Shown here one piece after another: positions 1 to 9,068 of a DNA stretch of 64,000 bases. Under the pieces are notes generated by a model. The model had not been told where the DNA came from, did not search any database, and saw only the letters and a list, made by a program, of their open reading frames with translations. Both the position numbers and the translations under genes were made by a program. This stretch comes from Mycobacterium sp. (GTDB lineage: Bacteria > Actinomycetota > Actinomycetes > Mycobacteriales > Mycobacteriaceae): positions 1,144 to 65,143 of the forward strand of contig JAVROT010000088.1 of NCBI GenBank assembly GCA_032162605.1, in the 5' to 3' direction. Position 1 is the stretch's first letter, and each line of letters begins with the position of its first letter.

Positions 1-501
1 CCTCCGGTGCCCTACGGCACGCCGGTCACCAACGACCGGAACATCACGCCGCCCAACAAGTTCCCGAACATCCCGCCGGGTGCCGACTACGACCCCGGCC
101 CGCCTGTTGTGCAGCTCCCGCCTGGTGTCCCGCCGGGTCCGGGGCCCGCGCCGAACGCACCCTTCCCGCTGCCCGTGCCGCCGAACGACAACGGCCCGCC
201 GCCGCCGTTGCCGTTCTACGCGCCGCCCGACCAGATCGTGCCGCCGTACGCCAGGACGCCCCCTGAGGCGCCCGCACCGCCGGAGCCGGGACCCCTGCCT
301 GCCGAGGCGCCGCCCCCTGCAGAGGCGCCCCCTGCCGACGCACCGCCACAGGCGAGCGGCCCGGCTGCCGCCACGTACGATTCGAAGACCGGTGTCTTCG
401 TCGACCCCGCCGGGGGAACGGGCGTCTACGCCGATGGCATGGACAAGGTCAGCACCGCGGAGACTTGGGTGGACCTGATGCTGGATCCGAGGCAGGCGTA
501 A
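1..501 (+). CDS. Mce-family protein, proline-rich C-terminal tail (5' end outside window; Mce4F-like by context)
   Basis: The frame is open to the left edge (CCT CCG precede the listed GTG at 7). It has a PPxP low-complexity tail. Two Mce-associated membrane protein genes and convergent otsA follow, as at the end of the mycobacterial mce4 locus. Confidence 0.5.
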   Translation, partial: PPVPYGTPVTNDRNITPPNKFPNIPPGADYDPGPPVVQLPPGVPPGPGPAPNAPFPLPVPPNDNGPPPPLPFYAPPDQIVPPYARTPPEAPAPPEPGPLPAEAPPPAEAPPADAPPQASGPAAATYDSKTGVFVDPAGGTGVYADGMDKVSTAETWVDLMLDPRQA

Positions 502-1224
502 TTGACTAGCGATGACACGACTTCTGGCGACAACACGAGCGAGTCGCCGGAGTCGGTGACAAGGGCAACCGCGCGCAGGCGCGCGTCGCGGGCTGCGGGC
601 CCGGCGGCCGGAGCGGTCGCTGAAGCCCCTCCGCTCGTCACCGTCGACTCACCGTCGGTCGTCAGGGTGCGGCCCGTCAGGCCGGTGGGGCCACCACCGC
701 GCAGGCAGCCGCACCGCGCGCTGGTCGCCGGCCTCGCACTGGGGGTCACGGCAGTCCTGGTGGCGGCGCTGGCCGGGGTGGTGGCGCTGCTCGTCACCCA
801 GCAGCGGCACGCCGAGGTGGCGGCGGCGCGTGACCAGAAGTTCGTCGACACCGCATCGCAGACCGTGGTGAACATGTTCAGCTACACCCAGAACAACATC
901 GACGACAGCGTGAACCGGTTCGTCAACGGCATTAGCGGCCCGCTGCGCGACATGATGAGCCAGGGCAACAACGTCGAGAACCTCAAGGCGATCTTCCGGG
1001 ACACGAACGCCACCTCCGAGGCCGTGATCAACGGCGCGGCGCTGGAGAAGGTCGACGACACCGCGGACAACGCCGCCGTTCTGGTGTCCGTGCGCGTGAC
1101 GGTGACCGACCTCAACGGCGTCAACTCGCCGTCGAAGCCCTACCGGCTGCGGGTGATCGTGCATGAGGACGACAACGGGCACATGACGGGTTACGACCTC
1201 AAATACCCCGACGGAGGCAACTGA
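502..1224 (+). CDS. Mce-associated membrane protein (Mam/Mas family)
   Basis: 240 aa. The TTG start directly follows the upstream TAA. Charged N-terminus, one TM helix (LVAGLALGVTAVLVAALAGVVALLV), then an ectodomain of the type encoded downstream of mce operons. Confidence 0.7.
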   Translation: MTSDDTTSGDNTSESPESVTRATARRRASRAAGPAAGAVAEAPPLVTVDSPSVVRVRPVRPVGPPPRRQPHRALVAGLALGVTAVLVAALAGVVALLVTQQRHAEVAAARDQKFVDTASQTVVNMFSYTQNNIDDSVNRFVNGISGPLRDMMSQGNNVENLKAIFRDTNATSEAVINGAALEKVDDTADNAAVLVSVRVTVTDLNGVNSPSKPYRLRVIVHEDDNGHMTGYDLKYPDGGN

Positions 1225-1718
1225 TGGGTCGCCTGCGCGCCAGGCTGGTCGTCCTCGTCGGCATCGTCCTCGCGGCGGCGCTCATCGCGTTGGGCGGCAT
1301 GGGTGGCACCCTGTACTGGAACCGCGTCGAGCGCGTCGGTGAACAGCAGGCGAGGGCCGAGCTGCCCCAGTTGGCGGCGCAGCAGATCCCCATCATCCTG
1401 GGCTTCGACTACCAGACGATCGAGCGGAGTCGTACCGACGCCTACAACCTGTTGGCTCCAGATTTCCGTCGGGAGTACGAGGACGACACCACCAAGAACG
1501 TCATACCGCAGGCTCGGATGCGTCAGATCGTCAGCCAGGTCAACGTCGTCGGCGTCGGAATGCTTGATGCGCACCGCGATTCGGGCTCGGTGATGGTGTT
1601 CATGAACCGCGTGCTCACCGACAAGACGAAGCAACCGCTGTACGACGGGAGTCGACTGCGCGTCGACTACGAGAAGGTCGGCCGCGACTGGCGGATCAAG
1701 GACATCACTCCGATTTAG
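1224..1718 (+). CDS. Mce-associated membrane protein (Mam/Mas family)
   Basis: 164 aa. The start overlaps the upstream stop (TGATG). N-terminal TM helix ([21 protein letters not shown]). Paralogous ectodomain pattern to the preceding gene. Confidence 0.7.
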   Translation: MGRLRARLVVLVGIVLAAALIALGGMGGTLYWNRVERVGEQQARAELPQLAAQQIPIILGFDYQTIERSRTDAYNLLAPDFRREYEDDTTKNVIPQARMRQIVSQVNVVGVGMLDAHRDSGSVMVFMNRVLTDKTKQPLYDGSRLRVDYEKVGRDWRIKDITPI

Positions 1719-3231
1719 GGCTGTCTGCACCCTTGGTGGTGGCCAGCGCCTCGAGGAATGAGCGCGCCCACCTGTCGACGTCGTGGGCGAGCACTTGCCG
1801 GCGCATCGCCCGCATCCGTCGTCGTCCCTCGTCAGTGGACTGGGCCAGCGCCGCCTCGATGGAGTCCTTGACACCGTCGAGATGATGCGGATTGGTGAGG
1901 TACGCCTGCCGGAGTTCGGCTGCGGCGCCGGTGAATTCGCTGAGAACCAAGGCTCCGCCGAGGTCGCTGCGGCAGGCGACGTACTCCTTGGCCACCAGGT
2001 TCATTCCGTCCCGTAGTGGCGTCACCAGCATGACGTCGGCAGCGACGAAGAAGGCGATCAGGTCATCGCGCGGTATCGCCTGGTGCAGGTAGTGCACGAC
2101 GGGGTGCCCTACCTTGCCGTACTCGCCGTTGATGTGGCCGACCTGGCGCTCGATGTCCTCGCGCATCGCAATGTAGCTCTCGACGCGCTCGCGGCTGGGC
2201 GTCGCGAGCTGCACCAGCACGGTGTCCTCCGGATCGGCGCGGCCCTCGTCGAGCAGTTCCGAGAAGGCTTCCAACCGAACGTTGATGCCCTTGGTGTAGT
2301 CGAGCCGGTCGACGCCGAGCAGCACCTTGCGCGGGTTACCCAGCTCGACGCGAATCTCCTTCGCGCGCTGCCGGATCGAACGGTTGCGGGCCATGGTGTC
2401 GAGTTCGGCGGAGTCGATGGAGATCGGGAAGGCGCCGACCTTCACGGTGCGGAAGCCGACCTGGATCTCACCGAATCGCGATCGCACCCCGATCGTGGCG
2501 CGTGAGGTGTTGGCGCCGATGAGCCGCCGCGCCAGGATGAGGAAGTTCTGCGCCCCGCCCGGCAGATGGAACCCGACGAGATCGGCACCGAGGAGCCCTT
2601 CGATGATCTCGGTGCGCCACGGCATCTGCATGAAGAGCTCGACAGGCGGGAAGGGGATGTGCAGGAAGAAGCCGATGGTCAGGTCCGGCCGCAGCATCCG
2701 CAACATCTTGGGAACCAACTGCAGCTGGTAGTCCTGGATCCACACCGTTGCGCCCTCGGCCGCTGCGGCGGCCGTCGCCTCGGCGAAGCGTCGGTTCACG
2801 TCGGCGTAGCGGTCCCACCACCTGCGGTGGTAGATCGGCTTGACGATCACGTCGTGATAGAGCGGCCACAGCGTGGCGTTGGAGAAACCTTCGTAGTATT
2901 CGGCGACATCGTCGGCCGACAACCGCACCGGCCGCATCTCGAGGTCGTCCTCGAAGATCGGTTCCTCGTCGCCGTCCGTGATGCCGGGCCAGCCGATCCA
3001 GGCCCCGCGCCGCCTGCGCAACAGTGGCTCGAGCGCCGTCACCAAGCCGCCGGGGCTGCGCTTGTACGTGGTCGTGCCGTCGGGCAGCCGCTCCATGTCG
3101 ATAGGCAACCGATTGGCGACGACGACGAAGTCGGACTCGCCCTCCGCGACGAAGTCGGAGTTTCCGGAGTTGGCGCTCAAGCCTCTTGCTTCGCGGGGCC
3201 GATGCCGAGCATCGAGAGGAAGACCCGACAC
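1705..3231 (-). CDS. otsA: alpha,alpha-trehalose-phosphate synthase (GT20)
   Basis: Motifs [34 protein letters not shown] and [11 protein letters not shown]; collinear with M. tuberculosis OtsA as I recall it. An alternative TTG start at 3180 overlaps the stop of the upstream small ORF (TTGA). Confidence 0.9.
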   Translation of the reverse strand: MSGLPLDARHRPREARGLSANSGNSDFVAEGESDFVVVANRLPIDMERLPDGTTTYKRSPGGLVTALEPLLRRRRGAWIGWPGITDGDEEPIFEDDLEMRPVRLSADDVAEYYEGFSNATLWPLYHDVIVKPIYHRRWWDRYADVNRRFAEATAAAAAEGATVWIQDYQLQLVPKMLRMLRPDLTIGFFLHIPFPPVELFMQMPWRTEIIEGLLGADLVGFHLPGGAQNFLILARRLIGANTSRATIGVRSRFGEIQVGFRTVKVGAFPISIDSAELDTMARNRSIRQRAKEIRVELGNPRKVLLGVDRLDYTKGINVRLEAFSELLDEGRADPEDTVLVQLATPSRERVESYIAMREDIERQVGHINGEYGKVGHPVVHYLHQAIPRDDLIAFFVAADVMLVTPLRDGMNLVAKEYVACRSDLGGALVLSEFTGAAAELRQAYLTNPHHLDGVKDSIEAALAQSTDEGRRRMRAMRRQVLAHDVDRWARSFLEALATTKGADSPKSE

Positions 3232-3341
3232 TCGTCGGCGTCGGTCGCATACGCGGCGACTACGCGTCGGGCTTGGCGGGCGGTGCTGTCGGCCAAGGGC
3301 TCGACGTCACCGATTTCGGCGGGATCTGGTTTAGCAGCCAT
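3177..3341 (-). CDS. small conserved-looking ORF (54 aa) upstream of otsA
   Basis: ATG at 3341. Product [54 protein letters not shown]. Its stop overlaps a candidate otsA TTG start. It is below the 60-aa cutoff of the supplied ORF track. Confidence 0.35.
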   Translation of the reverse strand: MAAKPDPAEIGDVEPLADSTARQARRVVAAYATDADECRVFLSMLGIGPAKQEA

Positions 3342-3387
3342 GACACGACTCTAGGCGACTCGTCGAGCCGCCTAGAGCACGTGGGGG

Positions 3388-3753
3388 TTACTGGCCGCCG
3401 TCGATGCTCGTCGGAGGCTGCACGAACTGCGGAGCGTCCTCCTGAAGGCCGATGCACTGACCGCTGTTCCCGCCCGTGCAGGGGATGCCGTCGATCGACG
3501 GCAGATCGGGATTGCCGGGGATGGTCCCGAATGCCGACGCCGGCGCGCCTCCGGTGGGCGAGTTCGGCACGGTGTGGGGCAGGCACGACCCCGAGTACAG
3601 GTCTTCCTCCTCGCCTGCGGGGCACGATGCAGCGGGTGCGCCGAGAGCGGTGAAGGGGACTGCGAACGCGGCCACCGTCGGAGCGGCGGCGACGGCAAGC
3701 GCGAATCCGCCGGCAAGGATGATTCGTTTGGCAGAGAACTCAAGGGGCGCCAT
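3388..3753 (-). CDS. small secreted 4-Cys protein, tandem paralogue 1
   Basis: 121 aa starting MAPLEFSAKRIILAGGFALAVAAAPTVAAFA (signal peptide). Conserved C-x9/10-C ... IPCTGxxSGxCIGL motif. This is the 3' part of the artefactual 432-aa ORF 3388..4686. Confidence 0.7.
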   Translation of the reverse strand: MAPLEFSAKRIILAGGFALAVAAAPTVAAFAVPFTALGAPAASCPAGEEEDLYSGSCLPHTVPNSPTGGAPASAFGTIPGNPDLPSIDGIPCTGGNSGQCIGLQEDAPQFVQPPTSIDGGQ

Positions 3754-3871
3754 GGTCACGCTTTCTGTGGTGTTACCGACATTATTGACGGCTCGTCGCG
3801 TGAATTGTATGGAAGCTGCAAGAAATCTGCACGAGTTCCACCGGTTCACTGAGCGAACGCGGCGCGTTCGC

Positions 3872-4240
3872 CTAGTTCGTCGAGCCGGTGACCGTCGGGC
3901 TGGAACCGACGGACGACTCGGGTGCCACGTACTGCGGTGCGTCCTCGGCCAACCCGATGCACGCCCCAGAATCGTGGCCGGTGCACGGGATGCCGTCGAT
4001 TTCGGGGATGTCCGGGTTCGCGGCGTTGGTGGTGAATGGCGAGGGCGAGTTGGGCACGGCGAAGGGAACGCACTCTCCGGTGAACTGGTCCGCGTCCTCA
4101 CCGGAATCGCACGCCGCCACGACTGAACCGGGGACGCCGGGCTGGAGACCGAATGCGGCCACCGCAGGAGCAGCGACGAGTGCGAGCGCGAACCCTCCGG
4201 CAAGGATGATCCGTCGTGCGGAGAACTCGGTAGGCGGCAT
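3872..4240 (-). CDS. small secreted 4-Cys protein, tandem paralogue 2
   Basis: 122 aa starting MPPTEFSARRIILAGGFALALVAAPAVAAFG. Same Cys pattern. It shares the C-terminal SSPTVTGSTN with paralogue 3. Confidence 0.75.
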   Translation of the reverse strand: MPPTEFSARRIILAGGFALALVAAPAVAAFGLQPGVPGSVVAACDSGEDADQFTGECVPFAVPNSPSPFTTNAANPDIPEIDGIPCTGHDSGACIGLAEDAPQYVAPESSVGSSPTVTGSTN

Positions 4241-4363
4241 GCTCTTGCTTTCTGTCGTCCTGCACTGCTGGTCGCGAGAATTGTAGAGAAACTGCGAGCA
4301 TTCTGCGCAGATACCGTCAGTTCGCTGACCACGTGTCGTGGCGGCCGCCGCCCACGCTGGTGG

Positions 4364-4735
4364 CTAGTTGGTGGAACCGGTGACGGTCGGGCTCGAGCTG
4401 ACGGTCGAATTCGGTTGCGCGATTGGCCCTTCGGACTGCTGCTCCTCCGAGAGGCCGATGCACTGACCCGAGTTCGCGCCGGTGCAGGGGATGCCGCTGA
4501 TCTCGGGCAGTCCGCCTGGCGACGTCTGTTGCAGCGCCGGCGAGTTCGGCACCATGTCCGGGGTGCACGCATTGGTGTAGATGTCCTCGGTCTCGCCGTT
4601 CGGGCATGCCCCGAACGACGGCGCGACCGACGGAACGGCGAACGCGGCGACTGCGGGCGCTGCGGCGATCGCGACTGCGAACCCACCGGCGAGGACGAGT
4701 CGTCGTGCTGAGATCTGAACGGTTGCCATCGCCAT
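4364..4735 (-). CDS. small secreted 4-Cys protein, tandem paralogue 3
   Basis: I chose the internal ATG (MAMATVQISARRLVLAGGFAVAIAAAPAVAAFA) by analogy with paralogues 1 and 2. An ATG at 4729 is equally possible. Same Cys pattern. Confidence 0.7.
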   Translation of the reverse strand: MAMATVQISARRLVLAGGFAVAIAAAPAVAAFAVPSVAPSFGACPNGETEDIYTNACTPDMVPNSPALQQTSPGGLPEISGIPCTGANSGQCIGLSEEQQSEGPIAQPNSTVSSSPTVTGSTN

Positions 4736-4871
4736 GCCTTCTCTAGGTGGGCCCGCTACCGCCACGGGCCGACTGCTTTGCCGACAGTACGCCGCGAAAC
4801 TCCGAATCACCGGTGGATCGCAGCGGCCGCAACCCCACGTGTTCTCCCGACGAGAAGCGTGGTTCTATGAC

Positions 4872-4885
4872 GAGAACGTGTTCTA
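4872..4885. promoter_or_regulatory. KstR-type operator candidate (GAGAACGTGTTCTA)
   Basis: Near-perfect palindrome matching TnnAACnnGTTnnA at 7 of 8 constrained positions. It lies 19 nt upstream of the SDR start at 4904, in a divergent intergenic region next to an mce4-like locus. Confidence 0.45.
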
Positions 4886-4903
4886 GTTCTCTCGTGAGGG
4901 GCA

Positions 4904-5746
4904 ATGGTGCAGCTTTCGTTGGAGGATCGGACCTACATCGTCACCGGAGGTGGCAGCGGCATCGGCAAGGGCGTCGCGGCGGCCATCGTGGCGTCGGGCG
5001 GCAATGCAATGTTGGTCGGCCGCAACGCCGAGCGACTGGCCAGTGTCACCGACGAGCTCAATTCGAAGGCCGGTGACGGCGATGGGTCGGTGATCTACGA
5101 GCCCGCCGACGTCACCAATGAGGATGAGGTCGGTCCGATGGTGGAGGCCGCCACGGCATGGCACGGACGGCTGAACGGTGTAGTGCACTGCGCGGGGGGA
5201 TCCGAGACGATCGGCCCGATCACCCAGGTCGACTCCGAGGCGTGGCGGCGGACCGTCGACCTCAACGTCAACGGAAGCATGTACGTGCTCAAGCACAGCG
5301 CGAGGGAAATGGTGCGCGGCGGCGGAGGGTCATTCATCGGCATCTCGTCGATCGCGGCGAGCAACACGCACCGGTGGTTCGGCGCCTACGGCGTCAGCAA
5401 GTCCGCGATCGACCACCTCATGCAGCTGGGCGCCGACGAGCTCGGGGCCTCCTCGGTGCGAGTCAACGCGATCCGCCCCGGCTTGATCCGCACGGAACTG
5501 GTTGCGCTGGTGATCGATTCGCCGGAGCTCAGCGAGGACTATCGGGTCAGCACACCACTGCCGCGGGTCGGCGAGGTCGCCGACATCGCGAACGCGGCGG
5601 TGTTCCTGCTCAGCGACGCGGCGAGCTGGATCACCGGGCAGGTCATCAACGTGGACGGGGGTCAAATGCTGCGCCGAGGACCTGACTACTCGGCGATGCT
5701 GGAGCCCGTATTCGGCGCCGACGGCCTTCGCGGCGTGGTCAGCTAA
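4904..5746 (+). CDS. SDR-family oxidoreductase
   Basis: TGGGSGIGKG Rossmann motif, NGSMYV, YGVSKSA catalytic Tyr-x3-Lys, C-terminal ITGQVINVDGG. Confidence 0.85.
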   Translation: MVQLSLEDRTYIVTGGGSGIGKGVAAAIVASGGNAMLVGRNAERLASVTDELNSKAGDGDGSVIYEPADVTNEDEVGPMVEAATAWHGRLNGVVHCAGGSETIGPITQVDSEAWRRTVDLNVNGSMYVLKHSAREMVRGGGGSFIGISSIAASNTHRWFGAYGVSKSAIDHLMQLGADELGASSVRVNAIRPGLIRTELVALVIDSPELSEDYRVSTPLPRVGEVADIANAAVFLLSDAASWITGQVINVDGGQMLRRGPDYSAMLEPVFGADGLRGVVS

Positions 5747-6636
5747 GAGCTGACCGGGTTCCTACCGCCCGACTCCCACGCCGCCAGCGCCCCGACCGCC
5801 GACCAGTCGAGACGCTCACCGCCGTTGGCGAGCAGTGTCAGGAAGCGGTCGCGCAGGAGGCTCGCGACGGGCAGTGGCACCCGTAGTTCCTCGCCCGCGG
5901 CCAGCACCAGTTGGACGTCCTTCAAGCCGAGCGGCGCGGCGAATCCTGCGGGTTCGAACTCCTCGCGCGCGATCAGATCGCCGTAGGTCTGGTACACCGG
6001 TGCGCCGAACAGCGTCGAGGTGAGGATCTCGAGGAACTGCTGCTTTTCGACGCCTGCCTTGCCGACCAGCGCCATGGCCTCGCCGAGCGATTCGATGACC
6101 GAGGCGATCAGGAAGTTGCCGCTGAGCTTGATCAGGCTGGCTGCGGTCGGATCATCGGAGACCACGAAGGTGCGCTGTCCAATGGCGTCGAATATCGGCG
6201 AAACACCTTGCACCGCAGCACTAGCGCCAGCGACGACGACGAACAACTTGGCCGCCGCCGCGGCCTCCGGCCTGCCGAACACCGGTGCAGTGACGAAGCT
6301 CTGTCCCGCCCCGGAGTGGGCTGCCGTCAGGCACTCGGCGAGCGCGACGCTGATGGTCGACGACGACACGTGCACCGCACCGTCGGCCAGGTTCGCGATG
6401 ATGCCGTCCGCGCCGAATGACACCGCCTCGACGGCATCGTCGTTGGCCAGCATCGAGACGACGGCCTCGCCACCGCAGGCCTCGGCGACGGTGCGGGCGG
6501 GCCGTGCCCCTTGCGCGGTGAGTGCGTCGACCTTGTCCTTGGAGCGGTTGTACACGGTGACCGCGTGCCCGGCCTTCAGCAGGTTCGAGGCCATGCCCGA
6601 ACCCATGTTTCCCAACCCGACGAATCCGATGTCCAT
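5743..6636 (-). CDS. NAD(P)-dependent oxidoreductase, 3-hydroxyisobutyrate/6-phosphogluconate dehydrogenase-like
   Basis: Starts MDIGFVGLGNMGSGMASNLLKAGH (GxGxxG). The upstream part of the 430-aa track ORF is Arg/Pro-rich read-through and was trimmed. Confidence 0.85.
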   Translation of the reverse strand: MDIGFVGLGNMGSGMASNLLKAGHAVTVYNRSKDKVDALTAQGARPARTVAEACGGEAVVSMLANDDAVEAVSFGADGIIANLADGAVHVSSSTISVALAECLTAAHSGAGQSFVTAPVFGRPEAAAAAKLFVVVAGASAAVQGVSPIFDAIGQRTFVVSDDPTAASLIKLSGNFLIASVIESLGEAMALVGKAGVEKQQFLEILTSTLFGAPVYQTYGDLIAREEFEPAGFAAPLGLKDVQLVLAAGEELRVPLPVASLLRDRFLTLLANGGERLDWSAVGALAAWESGGRNPVSS

Positions 6637-6680
6637 CCGTCCAGTTCTACCCGCGTCCGTCGTATCGAAGCTGTAGGGCC

Positions 6681-7157
6681 TTAGCTCTGCATCTTCTCCG
6701 CTGCGAGGTGAACGGCGTTGACGATGCCCTGGTAGCCGGTGCAACGGCAGAAGTTGCCAGAAAGGCCCTCCCGGATCTCGTCGTCCGTCGGCCGGGGATT
6801 GTCGCGCAGCATCGCCGTGATCGACGTGACGAAACCCGGTGTGCAGAAGCCGCACTGCAGGCCGTGGCATTCGCGCATCGCGGCCTGGACGGGGGACAGC
6901 TGGCCGTCGGCCCCGGCGATCCCCTCGACCGTGGTCACCTCCTGGCCGTCCACCTGGACCGCAAAGATCAGGCATGACCGCACCGCCTGGCCGTCCAGCA
7001 GGACCGTGCACGCACCGCACGCCCCGTGCTCGCACCCGAGATGAGTGCCGGTCAGTCCGCAGTTCTCGCGCAGGAAGTCGGCGAGTGTGACGCGGGGTTC
7101 CACGACGCCGTCGTAGTCGCGGCCGTTGACCGACAATTGAACGGACAGTTCATGCAT
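6681..7157 (-). CDS. (2Fe-2S)-binding small subunit of a xanthine/CO dehydrogenase-family enzyme (CoxS/CutS-like)
   Basis: Starts MHELSVQLSVNGR. Motifs GCEHGACGACTV and CHGLQCGFCTPG. Confidence 0.85.
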   Translation of the reverse strand: MHELSVQLSVNGRDYDGVVEPRVTLADFLRENCGLTGTHLGCEHGACGACTVLLDGQAVRSCLIFAVQVDGQEVTTVEGIAGADGQLSPVQAAMRECHGLQCGFCTPGFVTSITAMLRDNPRPTDDEIREGLSGNFCRCTGYQGIVNAVHLAAEKMQS

Positions 7158-8025
7158 CGAGGGCCTCCGTGGTGGCGTCCGTCCAGGCGCGCGCCACCAT
7201 CGCGGCGCCGACCCGGGTGCGATACGACGCCGAACCCCGTAGATCGGCGGGGACGTCGTCGAGTCCGGACATCGCCAGCTTCCCGATCTCCTCGGCGGTG
7301 ACCTCGGTGATCGCCCGGCCCGTGACGGCGTCTTCCGCAAGGGTGGCGCGCCTCGGGGTGGACCCGAGTCCCAGAAGTCCTATGCCACAGCGGACGACGT
7401 GGTCATCGCCGTCGAGTTCGAGGGCCACCGTGGCGCCCGCGATGGCGAAGTCCCCGTGCCGCCTGGCGAATTCGTGGATGGAGAATCCGCAACGACCCGA
7501 CCACACGGGGAAGTGGACCGACGTCAGAATCTCGTCGGCTTCCAGCGAGGTGGTCCACAGTCCGGAGAAGAACTCCGAAGCCGAGATCTGTCTACGCCCG
7601 CGTGACGAGGTGGCCTCCATGGATGCATCGAGAGTCAGGGCGACGGCGGCGTACTCGGTGACCGGGTCGGCATGGGCGATCGCACCGCCGAGGGTGCCGC
7701 GGGTGCGAATCTGGAAGTGCCCGATGTGCGGCGTCGACAGGGTCAGCAGGGGCACCGAGTCCGCGACTTCGTCGCCCATGCCGACGAAGGCGTGGGGAGT
7801 GGCCGCCCCGATGCGGACCCCGCCGTCCTCGAGGTCGATGCTCTGCAGTTCCGCCACCCGCGAGATGTCGACGAGGTTCTCGAAGGAGGTGAGCCGCATG
7901 GCCAGCAACGGCACCAGGCTCTGCCCGCCCGCCAGTATCTTCGAGTCGTCCCCGTACTCGTCGAGCAGTGCCACCGCCTCCTCGACGGTGTCCGGACGGT
8001 GGTACGCGAAACTCGCCGCCTTCAT
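7150..8025 (-). CDS. FAD-binding medium subunit of a xanthine/CO dehydrogenase-family enzyme (CoxM/CutM-like)
   Basis: MKAASFAYHRPDTVEEAVALL...ILAGGQSL...GTLGG pattern. 8-nt overlap with the start of the small-subunit gene. Confidence 0.85.
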   Translation of the reverse strand: MKAASFAYHRPDTVEEAVALLDEYGDDSKILAGGQSLVPLLAMRLTSFENLVDISRVAELQSIDLEDGGVRIGAATPHAFVGMGDEVADSVPLLTLSTPHIGHFQIRTRGTLGGAIAHADPVTEYAAVALTLDASMEATSSRGRRQISASEFFSGLWTTSLEADEILTSVHFPVWSGRCGFSIHEFARRHGDFAIAGATVALELDGDDHVVRCGIGLLGLGSTPRRATLAEDAVTGRAITEVTAEEIGKLAMSGLDDVPADLRGSASYRTRVGAAMVARAWTDATTEALDA

Positions 8026-8650
8026 GACAGCAGCCGCAACAGGGCGGCGTGAAGATCGTCCGGCCGGCGCTTGCGGCGCCCCAGCAGGAATCCGATCAGG
8101 CCCGCGGCCGCGGCGGCGGCCAACGCTGGGCCGGCCCGCTTGGCCAGCGGCAGGGCCACGACCTTGAGCAGGTCAACGGAGTCCCCGGAGTCGCCTGCCG
8201 TGGCGCCTGCCGCGGACGTCGGCGCAGCCGACGGCGCCGCGCCCCCCAGCAGGTCTGCCTCGAGACTCTTGGCGAACTGGCCGATCAGGTTGGTCGACAC
8301 GTCGGCCAGCACGCCCCGTCCGAACTGCGCCGCCTTGCCCGAGATGGTCAGGTCGGTGGTGATGAAGACCGTGGTGGCGTCGCCCTCGTCCTTCAACTGT
8401 GCCGTCACGACGGCGGCCGCGTTCCCGTTGCCGCGCGTCTCCTTGCCGTTGGCCTTGAGTACCACCCGCTGGGCAGCAGGGTCCTTCTCCTGAAACGCGG
8501 CTTCGCCCTTGTACGACACGGTGATCGGGCCGACCTTGACCTTGACCGCGCCGGTGAACTCGTCGCCGTCGACGGACAGCAGGGTGATAACCGCCCCAAC
8601 GAGAGCGGAGACCCGATGAACACGTGCGGCATCGTTTTGAAGAAGGGCAT
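8022..8650 (-). pseudogene. CoxG-like SRPBCC protein with C-terminal membrane anchor; no usable start codon (5' end apparently lost)
   Basis: Core GDEFTGAVKVKVGPITVSYKG...ISGKAAQFGRG plus the tail AAAAAGLIGFLLGRRKRR. I found no ATG/GTG/TTG in frame between the core and the noise-like upstream part of ORF 8022..9197. The region overlaps the start of a divergent gene. Confidence 0.45.
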
Positions 8651-9068
8651 GACCGTCGTGCTCTGCGCACTCACCGTCGCCGTCGGCGGGACGGCGCTGG
8701 CCGGCGTCGCCCAGGGGGCAACGCTCTGGGTTGGCGACTACAACGCCGTACAGAAGATCTCGGGTCAGCCGGACCAGGTGAGCATCTGGAACGTCACGTC
8801 GTCGTGTGCGTTCCTGTCCTGTGTGGCGCACGTCGCCAACAAAGCGGGCGGTTCCGACTGGATGTTCGACGGCAAGCAGTGGAATCGTCTCGCAGTCCCT
8901 CAGACCGGAGACTGCAACGGCGCGACGGTGCCCGCGAGATCTGCTCGCGAGACCCTCGTGCCGCGGGCCGACGGATCCCTCTCTGGAGAGGTGGCTTCGA
9001 CGGTGGACTGCAACGGCGTGACCGTCGACATGTCGCAGGCGTTCACCCTGACTCCATTGGAACGATGA
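8616..9068 (+). CDS. secreted protein of unknown function
   Basis: GGAG lies 5 nt upstream of the ATG at 8616 (an in-frame ATG at 8649 is the alternative). Signal peptide MTVVLCALTVAVGGTALAGVAQG. Cys-containing mature part with normal composition. Confidence 0.6.
   Translation: MNTCGIVLKKGMTVVLCALTVAVGGTALAGVAQGATLWVGDYNAVQKISGQPDQVSIWNVTSSCAFLSCVAHVANKAGGSDWMFDGKQWNRLAVPQTGDCNGATVPARSARETLVPRADGSLSGEVASTVDCNGVTVDMSQAFTLTPLER

Noticed and set aside
3388-4686. 432-aa minus-strand ORF spanning the whole paralogue region
   Set aside because: Only its last 121 codons are protein-like (paralogue 1). The rest is Arg/Pro/Ser-rich read-through that overlaps paralogues 2 and 3 out of frame.
5743-7035. 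430-aa ORF fusing the dehydrogenase with upstream sequence
   Set aside because: A clear start (MDIGFVGLGNMG) is at 6636. The upstream 133 codons are Arg/Gly/Pro noise overlapping the CoxS-like gene in another frame.
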